A stretch of 64,000 bases of DNA from contig LEKP01000002.1 of the NCBI GenBank assembly GCA_001443025.1, forward strand, positions 28,429 to 92,428, read 5' to 3'. Both the position numbers and the translations under genes were made by a program. Below the pieces are notes generated by a model. The model worked only from the letters and a program-made list of their open reading frames with translations, ran no database searches and was not told where the DNA came from. This DNA comes from Parcubacteria bacterium GBS-2. Lineage in GTDB: Bacteria > Patescibacteriota > Minisyncoccia > Minisyncoccales > GBS-2. Of the stretch, positions 28,033 to 36,931 are shown piece after piece (the first letter of the stretch is position 1; every line of letters begins with the position of its first letter).

Positions 28033-28797
28033 TTGAATTATGAAGAGCTGGTTAAAAGGAATTTTCCCCTAATCTCTAGAGAAACTCAAGAAAAGATAAG
28101 GAAGCTGAAAGTGGCAATTGTAGGAGTGGGAGCGTTGTCTTTTGTTCCCGCAATGTTAGCTAGATTAGGTGGAGAAAATTTCGTGCTAATTGATGGAGAT
28201 ATCATCGAAGCACACAACATGAATCACCAAATCTACACGGTACACCATATTGGAAAACCTAAAGTAGAAGCTCTGAAAGAAATAATTCTTTCTATCAACC
28301 CCCAAGCCAACGTCATAGCGTTGTCGAGTTTTGTAACACTTGAGAATTTGGAAGAGATATGGGAGAAGTATCTCTCTACAGCAAGGGTCATTGTTGACGG
28401 AATAGATCCGGTAACTCCTCTAGGGGGAATATTAATTTCATTGGAGTTAGCTCGGAAAGCGAAAGAAAATGAAATAGTGTTTCTATATCCGCTTGATATT
28501 GGGCATGGCGCTATTCTTTTGACTCAACTAGACGAACTTTCCTTAAAAGGAGAGGAGCCTCTGGAAATTCTCTTAAATCTAATGCAAAAGGCTCAGCAGT
28601 TCATTAACTTCCCCCAAGACTACGAAGAGATAATAATGAAAACTCTGAAGGAAGAAATTCATTACCCTCAAACAATACTATCTGCAATCAGTGCCTCCAT
28701 TTTAGTAACCACTTGTATACTTAACCTAGTTCAAGGGAAATCACTGCCCAAGCTCCTTTATCTCGATCTTGCCAATCTTTGCTTTATACACAAATAG
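28033..28797 (+). CDS. ThiF/MoeB/E1-like adenylyltransferase-fold protein
   Basis: KVAIVGVGALS Rossmann loop and DGDIIEAHNMNHQIY (E1 D.D.vE.SNLnRQ-like); TTG start after a strong SD; fewer Lys codons than neighbouring genes. Confidence 0.6.
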   Translation: MNYEELVKRNFPLISRETQEKIRKLKVAIVGVGALSFVPAMLARLGGENFVLIDGDIIEAHNMNHQIYTVHHIGKPKVEALKEIILSINPQANVIALSSFVTLENLEEIWEKYLSTARVIVDGIDPVTPLGGILISLELARKAKENEIVFLYPLDIGHGAILLTQLDELSLKGEEPLEILLNLMQKAQQFINFPQDYEEIIMKTLKEEIHYPQTILSAISASILVTTCILNLVQGKSLPKLLYLDLANLCFIHK

Positions 28798-28908
28798 TCA
28801 ATAATAAGGGATAGTACTACATTTTGTAGTCTATCCCTCTTTTTTAAAAACTTTAAAATGTTTGATAAAATATATTAATAAGGTCTATTTTCAAGGAATT
28901 TCGAAACC

Positions 28909-30444
28909 ATGGCAAAAATAGGAGAACTAATGCAAAAATTCATAATGTCGAACCCAGATAGGGCGTTAAAATTTTTTGCTTCAAGATCTGCAGAATGGTG
29001 GGAAAGGAGGGGAGAGAAGAAGGCTCTTCAAACGTTCCATGCAACTGCAGAGAGGGTCCCAGCTTATAAAGATTTTTTAAAAAAACATGGGATAACTGAT
29101 CATACAAAAATTCAAACGTTAGAAGACTTTAAGAAATATGTACCACTTCTTACTAAAGAAAATTACATTTTGGCTTATGATCTCAAAGAAAGATTAGCTG
29201 TTCCTTATGAGGATTTATTTACTATTTCTACTTCTTCTGGAACCATGGATAAACCTATTTATTGGCCGCGAACAGCATTTCAAGATAAAATGACTTCACG
29301 TTATTTTGAACTAATTTTTCGCGATGTTTATCAAATTCATAAACTTTCAACTTTAGCGATAGTGGCTTTTTCTTTAGGAAATTACATAGCCGGAGAATTG
29401 GTTAATTTTGTTGTGAAAGATATTGCCTTGCGCAATAAAAATAAGGTGAGTGTTGCTACGCCAGGTTCAGACCTTGAGGGAGTTTTACAAATCTTAACAG
29501 GCTTTCTAGATAAGTATGACCAGACCGTTATTTTCTGTTATCCTTCTTTGTTTAGAATTTTAATAGAAGAAGGAAAAAAGGTAGGAATAAATTGGAAAAA
29601 TTATAACGTCAAATGGTGTTATGGGGGGGAACCGTGTCCTCCAAAAATGAAAGCAAAAATTAAAGCGGAGGTTTTAGGAGAAAAAGAAGATTATACGTTT
29701 ATTCTCGCTGTTTATGGGGCGGCCGACGCAGGAGGAATTGGTTTTGGGAATCCATTCACTAATTTATTGGAGGAAATAATTCAAACAAATCCAAAAATCC
29801 AAGAAGGACTAAGAAAAAGAGGGATTGAATTAGAGGGCTCTTTAGTACAAGTAAACCCTTTGGCATATTTTATAGAAGAGGAAGATGACTATCTAATAAT
29901 TACAACCGGGGGAGCGGTTCCACTTGTAAGATATAATATCAAAGACCTGGGAGAAATTATTCTTTTTGAAGAAATGAATACTATTCTGAAAGAGGGTGGA
30001 ATAAATATTCAAGAACTTTTGAGAGAGAAATTGCACTCATATTATTTAATGAAACAACCTTTAGTTTTAATAAAGGGTAGGGAGGCTGCAGTTTCTTTAG
30101 ATGGAGCTAACGTTTTTCATTATCAAGTCAAAGAGATTATAGAAAAATCTCCTCACTTTAACAGTGTAAAAATTGGGAAAAAAGAGTTAGAGGGAGGAAA
30201 TGTAAAATTTGCAGTATATTTGGAATTGAAAAAAGATATTCAGCTTTCAAGTAATGAAATAGAAAAGTTGAAAAAAGAGTATCGTGATAAGATTCTTAAT
30301 CATCTGTTAGAAGTAAATTACGATTTCAGAAGATCTTATCAAGATAATCCTACTTTGTGCGATCCGGAAATTATTATTAGAAAATTTGGAGAAAAAGAAT
30401 TTGCTCCTACTAAATCTGGTAAATTTAAGCCAATAGTTATATAA
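28909..30444 (+). CDS. adenylate-forming enzyme (PaaK / coenzyme F390 synthetase / GH3-like)
   Basis: N-terminus RVPAYKDFLKKHGI..IQTLEDFKKYVPLLTKENY resembles PaaK; AMP-motif TSSGTMDKPIYWP; VRYNIKDLGEI hinge. Confidence 0.6.
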   Translation: MAKIGELMQKFIMSNPDRALKFFASRSAEWWERRGEKKALQTFHATAERVPAYKDFLKKHGITDHTKIQTLEDFKKYVPLLTKENYILAYDLKERLAVPYEDLFTISTSSGTMDKPIYWPRTAFQDKMTSRYFELIFRDVYQIHKLSTLAIVAFSLGNYIAGELVNFVVKDIALRNKNKVSVATPGSDLEGVLQILTGFLDKYDQTVIFCYPSLFRILIEEGKKVGINWKNYNVKWCYGGEPCPPKMKAKIKAEVLGEKEDYTFILAVYGAADAGGIGFGNPFTNLLEEIIQTNPKIQEGLRKRGIELEGSLVQVNPLAYFIEEEDDYLIITTGGAVPLVRYNIKDLGEIILFEEMNTILKEGGINIQELLREKLHSYYLMKQPLVLIKGREAAVSLDGANVFHYQVKEIIEKSPHFNSVKIGKKELEGGNVKFAVYLELKKDIQLSSNEIEKLKKEYRDKILNHLLEVNYDFRRSYQDNPTLCDPEIIIRKFGEKEFAPTKSGKFKPIVI

Positions 30445-30457
30445 TTTAATTTAAATA

Positions 30458-32029
30458 ATGGATTTGTATTTCTTGCTCTATCAGGTTTTAGTAATTGTTA
30501 TTGATTTTTCAGGATTAGGAATTGGAATTTTGGTATTACAAAAAGATATTAAAAACCCAACCAACCAGCTCTTTTTTTTAATGACTCTTTTCGCTCTAGG
30601 TTGGATTACTTTTGCGTATCTTTCTGACTTTCCATTTCTATTTCAAAATGCGCTTTTATTTAATAGAATTATTTATTTTTTTCTTTCTCTTTTTTTTATA
30701 ACTGTTTATTTTTTTAGCTTTTACTTTCCTCGCAAAGAAAAAATTTCTCCATTTTTCCGCATAATCAATAAATTTTATTTAATTTTTGGGATCTTTATTA
30801 GCATCTTAGCGCTTTTTACTTCCTTAATAATTCGAGATGTTAGAAAAACTCCTTGGGGAACTGACCTGGTACTTGGTGAATTATTTCCCCTTTTCGCTTT
30901 CTTAGGATGTGGATGGATTGCCTCTCTCTTTATTTTAATTAAGAAATTTTTCAAACTCCCTTCTCACGAAAAACTACAAATAAAATATTTTATAATGGGT
31001 TTTTTAATTTTTCTCTTCGCAAATATTATCTTTAACGTAATTGTGCCTCATTTGCGGGGTACTTATGAATATTATTGGTTTGGCAATCTTTCCATAATTT
31101 TCTTTCTTGGATTTACAGCCTATGCAATTTTTGCAAAACACCTTTTTGGTATTGAAGTAATTTTAACTGAAATTTTAGTTGGAATAATTGGATTATTGCT
31201 AATAGTTCAAATTTTTACAGCGCCGACAATTTTGTGGAGATTTATTAATATCTTGATTTTTATCTTATTTTGCATTTTTGGTTATTTTTTAATTCGGAGT
31301 GTTTTGAGAGAAATTAAGTTGAGAGAGGAAATAGAAAAAATCAGTCAAGCAAAAACAGAATTCATTTCGATTACTTCCCATCAATTGAGGACTCCGCTTT
31401 CTGCTATTAAAGGGTATTTATCAATGATCTTGGAGGGTTCTTATGGACAATTACCAGAGAAAGTAAAAGAAAAAATGGAAAATGTTTTTCAATCGAATGA
31501 AAGGTTAATAAAATTGGTAAACGATATTTTAAACGTCTCAAAGATTGAAGCAGGGGAAATAGAAATGAATTGGGAGAGGGTGGATTTGAGAGAAATAATT
31601 AAAGAAGTAATCAATGAACTTTCTATAAAAGCAAAAGAAAAGAATCTTTATTTGAATTTTGAAGAACCAAAAGAGGTTCCAAAAGTTTTGTTAGATAGCG
31701 AGAAAATAAGGCAAGTAATTTTGAATTTGATTGATAATGCAATAAGGTACACCCAAGAAGGAGGAGTTAATGTTAAATTGCAAATGTCAAAAGGTAAATT
31801 GCAAATTGTGATAGCAGATACTGGTGAGGGATTGACAAAAGAGGAAAAAGAAAAACTTTTTAAAAGATTTTCAAGGGGAACTGCTGGAACAAAATTTTGG
31901 ACAGAGGGAGCAGGACTTGGGCTTTACATTGTAAGAAGGTTTGTTGAAATGCATAATGGAAAAATTTGGGCTGAGTCTGAGGGAAGGGGAAAAGGATCGA
32001 CTTTCTTTGTTGAATTGCCAATAAAATGA
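30458..32029 (+). CDS. sensor histidine kinase with polytopic (~7-8 TM) N-terminal sensor
   Basis: HisKA H-box ITSHQLRTPLSAIKGY; N box NLIDNAIRYT; G boxes DTGEG and GGAGLGLYIV. Confidence 0.9.
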   Translation: MDLYFLLYQVLVIVIDFSGLGIGILVLQKDIKNPTNQLFFLMTLFALGWITFAYLSDFPFLFQNALLFNRIIYFFLSLFFITVYFFSFYFPRKEKISPFFRIINKFYLIFGIFISILALFTSLIIRDVRKTPWGTDLVLGELFPLFAFLGCGWIASLFILIKKFFKLPSHEKLQIKYFIMGFLIFLFANIIFNVIVPHLRGTYEYYWFGNLSIIFFLGFTAYAIFAKHLFGIEVILTEILVGIIGLLLIVQIFTAPTILWRFINILIFILFCIFGYFLIRSVLREIKLREEIEKISQAKTEFISITSHQLRTPLSAIKGYLSMILEGSYGQLPEKVKEKMENVFQSNERLIKLVNDILNVSKIEAGEIEMNWERVDLREIIKEVINELSIKAKEKNLYLNFEEPKEVPKVLLDSEKIRQVILNLIDNAIRYTQEGGVNVKLQMSKGKLQIVIADTGEGLTKEEKEKLFKRFSRGTAGTKFWTEGAGLGLYIVRRFVEMHNGKIWAESEGRGKGSTFFVELPIK

Positions 32030-32074
32030 AATTGACATTGTTGTTTTGAAGATTTACTATAAAAGTAGAAAAGC

Positions 32075-32308
32075 ATGGCTCGGAAAATCACAGAAAAATT
32101 GACTAAAAAGGAAATTGAAAAACTTCTTAACAAACAAACCAATGTTATTCTTGATGCAGTCGATGAAAGACTATTAAAGCAGCAAAAATATATCGACTAT
32201 AGATTTTCCCTTTTAGAAAAAAGATTAGAAAAAGTGGAGATCAGATTAAATCAAAAGATTGCACTGCTTGTTACGACTTTAGATAAATTCTTAAAAAGAT
32301 TGTACTGA
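32075..32308 (+). CDS. hypothetical small coiled-coil protein
   Basis: 77 aa, heptad-like charged sequence between the HK and RR genes. Confidence 0.3.
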   Translation: MARKITEKLTKKEIEKLLNKQTNVILDAVDERLLKQQKYIDYRFSLLEKRLEKVEIRLNQKIALLVTTLDKFLKRLY

Positions 32309-32402
32309 TTTAGAAGATGAATTTACTTTGATGAAAGCTGAAATAAAGAAAATTAAGGCAGTGCTAAAAGAAAAATTGGGAGTAAACATGGATTAAAGTT
32401 CC

Positions 32403-32768
32403 ATGAAGAAAATTTTAATAATTGAGGATGAAAAGGTTTTAGCAGAGATGTACAAGGAGAAATTGGAAATGGAAGGCTTTGAAGTGTGTTTGGCTTTTGA
32501 TGTGAAAGAGGGAATAGAATTGGTAAAAAGAGAAAGACCTGATCTGATTTTGCTTGATATTTTGCTCCCCGTCGAAAACGGGGTTTCTTTTTTAAAAAGG
32601 CAAAAAGAAGATAAAGATATATCTGAAATTCCAGTAATCGCTTTTTCAAACTACGATGATCCAAGAGTAAAGAAAGAAGCAATTGAACTTGGGGTAAAAG
32701 AGTATTTGATCAAGACAAACTATACTCCAACAGAAATCACTGAGAAAATAAAAAAATATCTGAAGTGA
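32403..32768 (+). CDS. receiver-only response regulator, paralog 3
   Basis: MKKILIIEDEKVLAEMYKEKLEMEGFEV...DLILLDILLP...EYLIKTNYTPTEI; about 65% identical to paralog 2. Confidence 0.85.
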   Translation: MKKILIIEDEKVLAEMYKEKLEMEGFEVCLAFDVKEGIELVKRERPDLILLDILLPVENGVSFLKRQKEDKDISEIPVIAFSNYDDPRVKKEAIELGVKEYLIKTNYTPTEITEKIKKYLK

Positions 32769-32837
32769 ACGATATTTTCGGTTTTTTATCTAAAATTTCA
32801 TTGTTTCACAATTGCGAAAAACTGAAATTTTGAAATA

Positions 32838-32896
32838 CTTATTCCAATATTCTTAAAAACATTGGAATAGCAGAGAATATTTTTTAAAATTGTCAA
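32838..32896. repeat. intergenic hairpin repeat family, copy 3
   Basis: cttATTCCAATATTCTTAAAAACATTGGAATagcagagaatattttttaaaattgtcaa. Confidence 0.6.
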
Positions 32897-33013
32897 TTTC
32901 TTTCTCAAGCTCAAAATAACTCCACATGGGTCAGACCGGTGGGATTATAAAATTTACTCTGCACTTTGGGGAGAACTCTTTCATTTTTATAGAAAGTGAG
33001 GTATTATTAAAAA

Positions 33014-33628
33014 ATGGCAAAGAAAGTAGAAAAAACAAGCTCAAAATTAAAAAAATTGACTGATTTTTTGTTTGAGACGAGGATTTTAAAATATCTTCCA
33101 AGAGCCTCCCTTCCTTATCTGAAAATTCCTTTAAAAGAAAATGTAGCTGAACATAGTTTCTACACTTCAATAATCGGATGGATATTGGCGGAGTTAGAAC
33201 AAGCTAACAAAGACAAAGTGATTAAAATGGCTTTAATCCATGATTTGGCTGAGGCTAGGGGAGGGGAAAGAAATTTGATTAATAAGTTTTATTCAGACCC
33301 CTTAAACGAACCAAAAATAGTTGATGAAATATCCGAAACTTATGATTTAAAAAATTTCGAAATAAAAGAGCTTTTTAAAGAATTCTTTGAAGAAAAAAGC
33401 AAAGAAGCAAAAATCGTGAAAGATGCGGATGTATTAGCTGGAATGTTATTGGAAAAGGAGGTTTTTGACTCGGGAAATAAAAAAGCAAAAAAGTGGTTGG
33501 ATGTTTCTTTATCAAGGTTAAAAACCAAAAGTGGAAAAGAATTAGGAAAGTTAATTTTTCAAACTGACAGCGATGAATGGTGGTTAGAAGTTGCTAAAAA
33601 ATATCTTCCATTTATAAAGTTTTTATAA
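33014..33628 (+). CDS. HD-domain phosphohydrolase (YfbR-like)
   Basis: AEHSF..S...H and ALIHDLAEARGGE (H...HD...D) metal motifs. Confidence 0.7.
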   Translation: MAKKVEKTSSKLKKLTDFLFETRILKYLPRASLPYLKIPLKENVAEHSFYTSIIGWILAELEQANKDKVIKMALIHDLAEARGGERNLINKFYSDPLNEPKIVDEISETYDLKNFEIKELFKEFFEEKSKEAKIVKDADVLAGMLLEKEVFDSGNKKAKKWLDVSLSRLKTKSGKELGKLIFQTDSDEWWLEVAKKYLPFIKFL

Positions 33629-33631
33629 TTT

Positions 33632-34948
33632 ATGCGCGTATTAAATATAGAAACAAAAGGGTATCTTGGTAAAAAAATAAAAGTTGCAGGATGGGTCAAT
33701 TCAAGAAGAGATCACGGAAAAATTGTTTTTTTGGATTTAAGAGATAAAAGTGGGGTTTTGCAAGTAGTTGCACACTCAAAAATAGCAGAAGGAATAAAAG
33801 AAGAAGATGTTTTGGAAGTGGAGGGGGAAGTAAAAGAAAGACCAAAAGAAATGATAAATCCGAAATTGGAGACTGGAAATGTGGAATTGAAAGCAGAAAA
33901 AATTAAAATTTTAGTAAAATCTCAAAAATTACCATTTGATATCAAAAGTTTAAAACTTTCTTTACCAAAACTTTTGGATTTTAGACCCTTAACTTTACGG
34001 AACGAAAAGCAAAGGGCAATTTTTAGGGTCCAAAGAGAAATTATTGATAGTTTTAGAAAAACAATGAAAAATCTTGGATTTTTTGAATTTGAAGCTCCAA
34101 CCATCGTAGCATCGGCAACTGAAGGAGGAGCTGAGGTTTTCCATGTTGACTATTTTGATAAAGATGCTTATTTGGCTCAATCTCCTCAGTTATACAAGCA
34201 AATTTTGGTTTCGGTTTTTGAAAGAGTTTTCACGGTTTGCAAAGCTTTCAGGGCAGAACCTTCAATTACTACTCGTCACTTAACAGAGTATATTTCTTTG
34301 GATTGCGAAATGGGATTTATTGAATCTTGGGAAGATTTAATGGAAACTTGTGAAATTGTGGTCAAAAATATTTTTTCTGATGTTGAAAGAAATTGTAAAA
34401 AAGAGCTTGAAATGTGGGGAGCAAAAATTCCAGAGATAAAAGGGAAAATACCAAGGCTAAAACTTAGGGAAGCTCAAGAAATAATTTTAAAAAGAACGGG
34501 GAAAGATAAAAGAGAAAACCCTGATCTAGATCCAGAAGATGAAAGAGAAATTTGCAACTATGCAAAAGAGAAATTCAATTGTGAATTAGTTTTTATTACT
34601 CATTTCCCAACCTCAAAGAGACCATTTTATACTTTTGAAGACCCAGAGAACTCAGAATATACTTTGAGCTTTGATCTTTTGTTCAGAGGTTTAGAAATTG
34701 TAACGGGGGGGCAAAGGATTAACGATTACAAATATTTAGTCAAAAAAATGAAAAGGTTCAAACTTGACCCAAAAAATTTTAAATATTACCTTCAGGCTTT
34801 CAAATACGGAATGCCCCCTGAAGGAGGTTTTGCAATTGGCGCGGAAAGAATAACAAAACAGATTCTAGGCTTAGAAAACATCAGAGAAGCTTCTTTATTC
34901 CCGAGAGATTTACAAAGAGTCGATATTAGATTAAAAAAGAAAAAATGA
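33632..34948 (+). CDS. aspS: aspartyl-tRNA synthetase, short archaeal/eukaryal type
   Basis: N-terminal OB fold, class II motif 2 FRAEPS, motif 3 GGFAIGAERI; 438 aa with no bacterial GAD insertion. Confidence 0.9.
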   Translation: MRVLNIETKGYLGKKIKVAGWVNSRRDHGKIVFLDLRDKSGVLQVVAHSKIAEGIKEEDVLEVEGEVKERPKEMINPKLETGNVELKAEKIKILVKSQKLPFDIKSLKLSLPKLLDFRPLTLRNEKQRAIFRVQREIIDSFRKTMKNLGFFEFEAPTIVASATEGGAEVFHVDYFDKDAYLAQSPQLYKQILVSVFERVFTVCKAFRAEPSITTRHLTEYISLDCEMGFIESWEDLMETCEIVVKNIFSDVERNCKKELEMWGAKIPEIKGKIPRLKLREAQEIILKRTGKDKRENPDLDPEDEREICNYAKEKFNCELVFITHFPTSKRPFYTFEDPENSEYTLSFDLLFRGLEIVTGGQRINDYKYLVKKMKRFKLDPKNFKYYLQAFKYGMPPEGGFAIGAERITKQILGLENIREASLFPRDLQRVDIRLKKKK

Positions 34949-35859
34949 GAAAAAATTTGTTTATATTTTGTTTTGGAATTTTCCTTGGTGGATTTTTAAC
35001 TTATTTCTTAAATTTTTCACAAACGAAACTAGAAAATTTTTTTACTGCTCAAATTACAAAACCACTAGAAGAAATAAATTTTGTAAAAATTGAAAGACAA
35101 AAAAAATCTCTACCAGATTTAGAAGTCAAAGCAGTGATCTCTTTGAGATTGAACCCAAAAAAGAAAATATCAGAGAAGGTTTTGTATTCAAAAAATGAAG
35201 ATGAAATTTTGCCAATTGCCTCTTTAACAAAATTAATGACTGCTTTAGTTGTAATTGAAGACCCAGAAAATTATCCTCTTAATAAAGAGGTTAAAATTTC
35301 AAGAGAGGCAGCTTTTCAAATTGATGTCCCGGAATATGGAAATCTGAAACCTGGAGAAAGAAAAACAATTTATGATCTTTTAAATTTCATGCTCTTTTTC
35401 TCGAGCAACGACGCAGCGTTTGCATTAGCAGAACAAATCGATGTTAAAAATTTCGTAAATAGAATGAATCAGAAGGCAAAAGAAATTGGTTTGGAAAATA
35501 CTTATTTTTCAAATCCTACGGGTTTGGATCCCGAAAATTTAAAATGGAGTTTGGAAAATAAAGACCATTTTAATTATTCAACTGCCAGAGATTTGGTTTT
35601 GCTTGGGAAGTATATTCTCAAAAATTATCCTCTAATATTTGAATTCTCTAATCTGAAAAATAAAATTCAGCTTTTGGAAAATCAATATCTAATCGGAATG
35701 AAAACTGGCTATACTAATGAAGCTGGCGGTTGTATTTTTTTAGTTTTTTCAAATGACAAGGGTGATTATTTCTTAAACGTAATCTTAGGTGCGAAATCGA
35801 GAGAAGAAAGGTTTTTGCAAATGCAAAAATTGGTAGATTGGATTAATGGAAAAATTTGA
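34945..35859 (+). CDS. D-alanyl-D-alanine carboxypeptidase (S11, low-MW PBP)
   Basis: SLTK (SxxK), SSND (SxN) and KTGYT (KTG) triad; N-terminal TM. Confidence 0.85.
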   Translation: MRKNLFIFCFGIFLGGFLTYFLNFSQTKLENFFTAQITKPLEEINFVKIERQKKSLPDLEVKAVISLRLNPKKKISEKVLYSKNEDEILPIASLTKLMTALVVIEDPENYPLNKEVKISREAAFQIDVPEYGNLKPGERKTIYDLLNFMLFFSSNDAAFALAEQIDVKNFVNRMNQKAKEIGLENTYFSNPTGLDPENLKWSLENKDHFNYSTARDLVLLGKYILKNYPLIFEFSNLKNKIQLLENQYLIGMKTGYTNEAGGCIFLVFSNDKGDYFLNVILGAKSREERFLQMQKLVDWINGKI

Positions 35860-36931
35860 TTTTGCTTTTGCGGTTGTTAAAGTTTTGTTTTTTTCTGGAG
35901 TAACTGCTACTCTTTCTTTAGCTTTTGCTCCAATTTTAATTAAGTTTTTAAACAAAATTAAGTTCTGGAAAAAGAAGGCTAGAGAAAGTGCAATCTCAGG
36001 AGAAAAAGCAGAGATTTTTTATTCATTGCATAAAGAAAGGGAGGTTTCTGTACCAAGGGGCGGAGGACTATTAATCTGGAGTTCATTGGTTTTTGTTATT
36101 TTTTTGACTTTTATTTTAGCAAAAATTACTGGAATTTGGTGGCTAGAGAAATTGAATTTTCTATCAAGAAAGGAAACTTGGCTTCCTCTATTTGCATTAG
36201 TTTCAGCATCGATTATTGGATTGATTGATGATATACTAGTTGTCTTTGGAAAAGGAAAATATCTTGGTGGAGGAATGAGTTTTTGGAGAAGGTTTTTAAT
36301 TATTTCTTTAATTGGATTAATCGGTGGTTGGTGGTTTTATTATAAATTAGGATGGAACCAGGTCCATATTCCTTTATTGTTTAATTTTCCAGCTGGTATT
36401 GATATCAATATCGGTCCTTGGATAATTCTTCTTTTTGTAATTGTTACTTTAGCTTGCTGGGCAGGGGGAATAGTTGATGGTTTGGATGGTTTAGCTGGTG
36501 GAGTTTTTGCTTCAATTTTTGGTGCCTTTTCAATTTTGGCATTTTCTCAGGGAAAAATAGATTTAGCAACTTTTTGTGGATCGATCGTTGGCGCTCTTTT
36601 TGCATTTTTATGGTATAACATTCCACCAGCAAGGTTTTACATGGGAGAAACCGGTGTGATGGGATTGACTGTCACCATAGCTGTAGTTTCTTTTTTGACA
36701 GATTCAGTTTTGGTTTTACCAATCATCGGTGGGATTTTGGTAATAGAAGTTGGCTCTGTAATTTTACAGCTTTTATCGAAAAAAATTAGAAAAAAGAAAA
36801 TTTGGTTGTCCACTCCAATTCATCACCATTTGGAAGCTAAAGGTTGGCCTCCATATCAAATAGTGATGAGATTTTGGGTTTTATCTTTTGTTTTTGCAAT
36901 TTTGGGAGTGGCAATTAGGCTTTTAAGATGA
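35846..36931 (+). CDS. mraY: phospho-N-acetylmuramoyl-pentapeptide transferase
   Basis: 10-TM protein with the GIVDGLDGLAGG motif and C-terminal HHHLE. Confidence 0.88.
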   Translation: MEKFDFAFAVVKVLFFSGVTATLSLAFAPILIKFLNKIKFWKKKARESAISGEKAEIFYSLHKEREVSVPRGGGLLIWSSLVFVIFLTFILAKITGIWWLEKLNFLSRKETWLPLFALVSASIIGLIDDILVVFGKGKYLGGGMSFWRRFLIISLIGLIGGWWFYYKLGWNQVHIPLLFNFPAGIDINIGPWIILLFVIVTLACWAGGIVDGLDGLAGGVFASIFGAFSILAFSQGKIDLATFCGSIVGALFAFLWYNIPPARFYMGETGVMGLTVTIAVVSFLTDSVLVLPIIGGILVIEVGSVILQLLSKKIRKKKIWLSTPIHHHLEAKGWPPYQIVMRFWVLSFVFAILGVAIRLLR

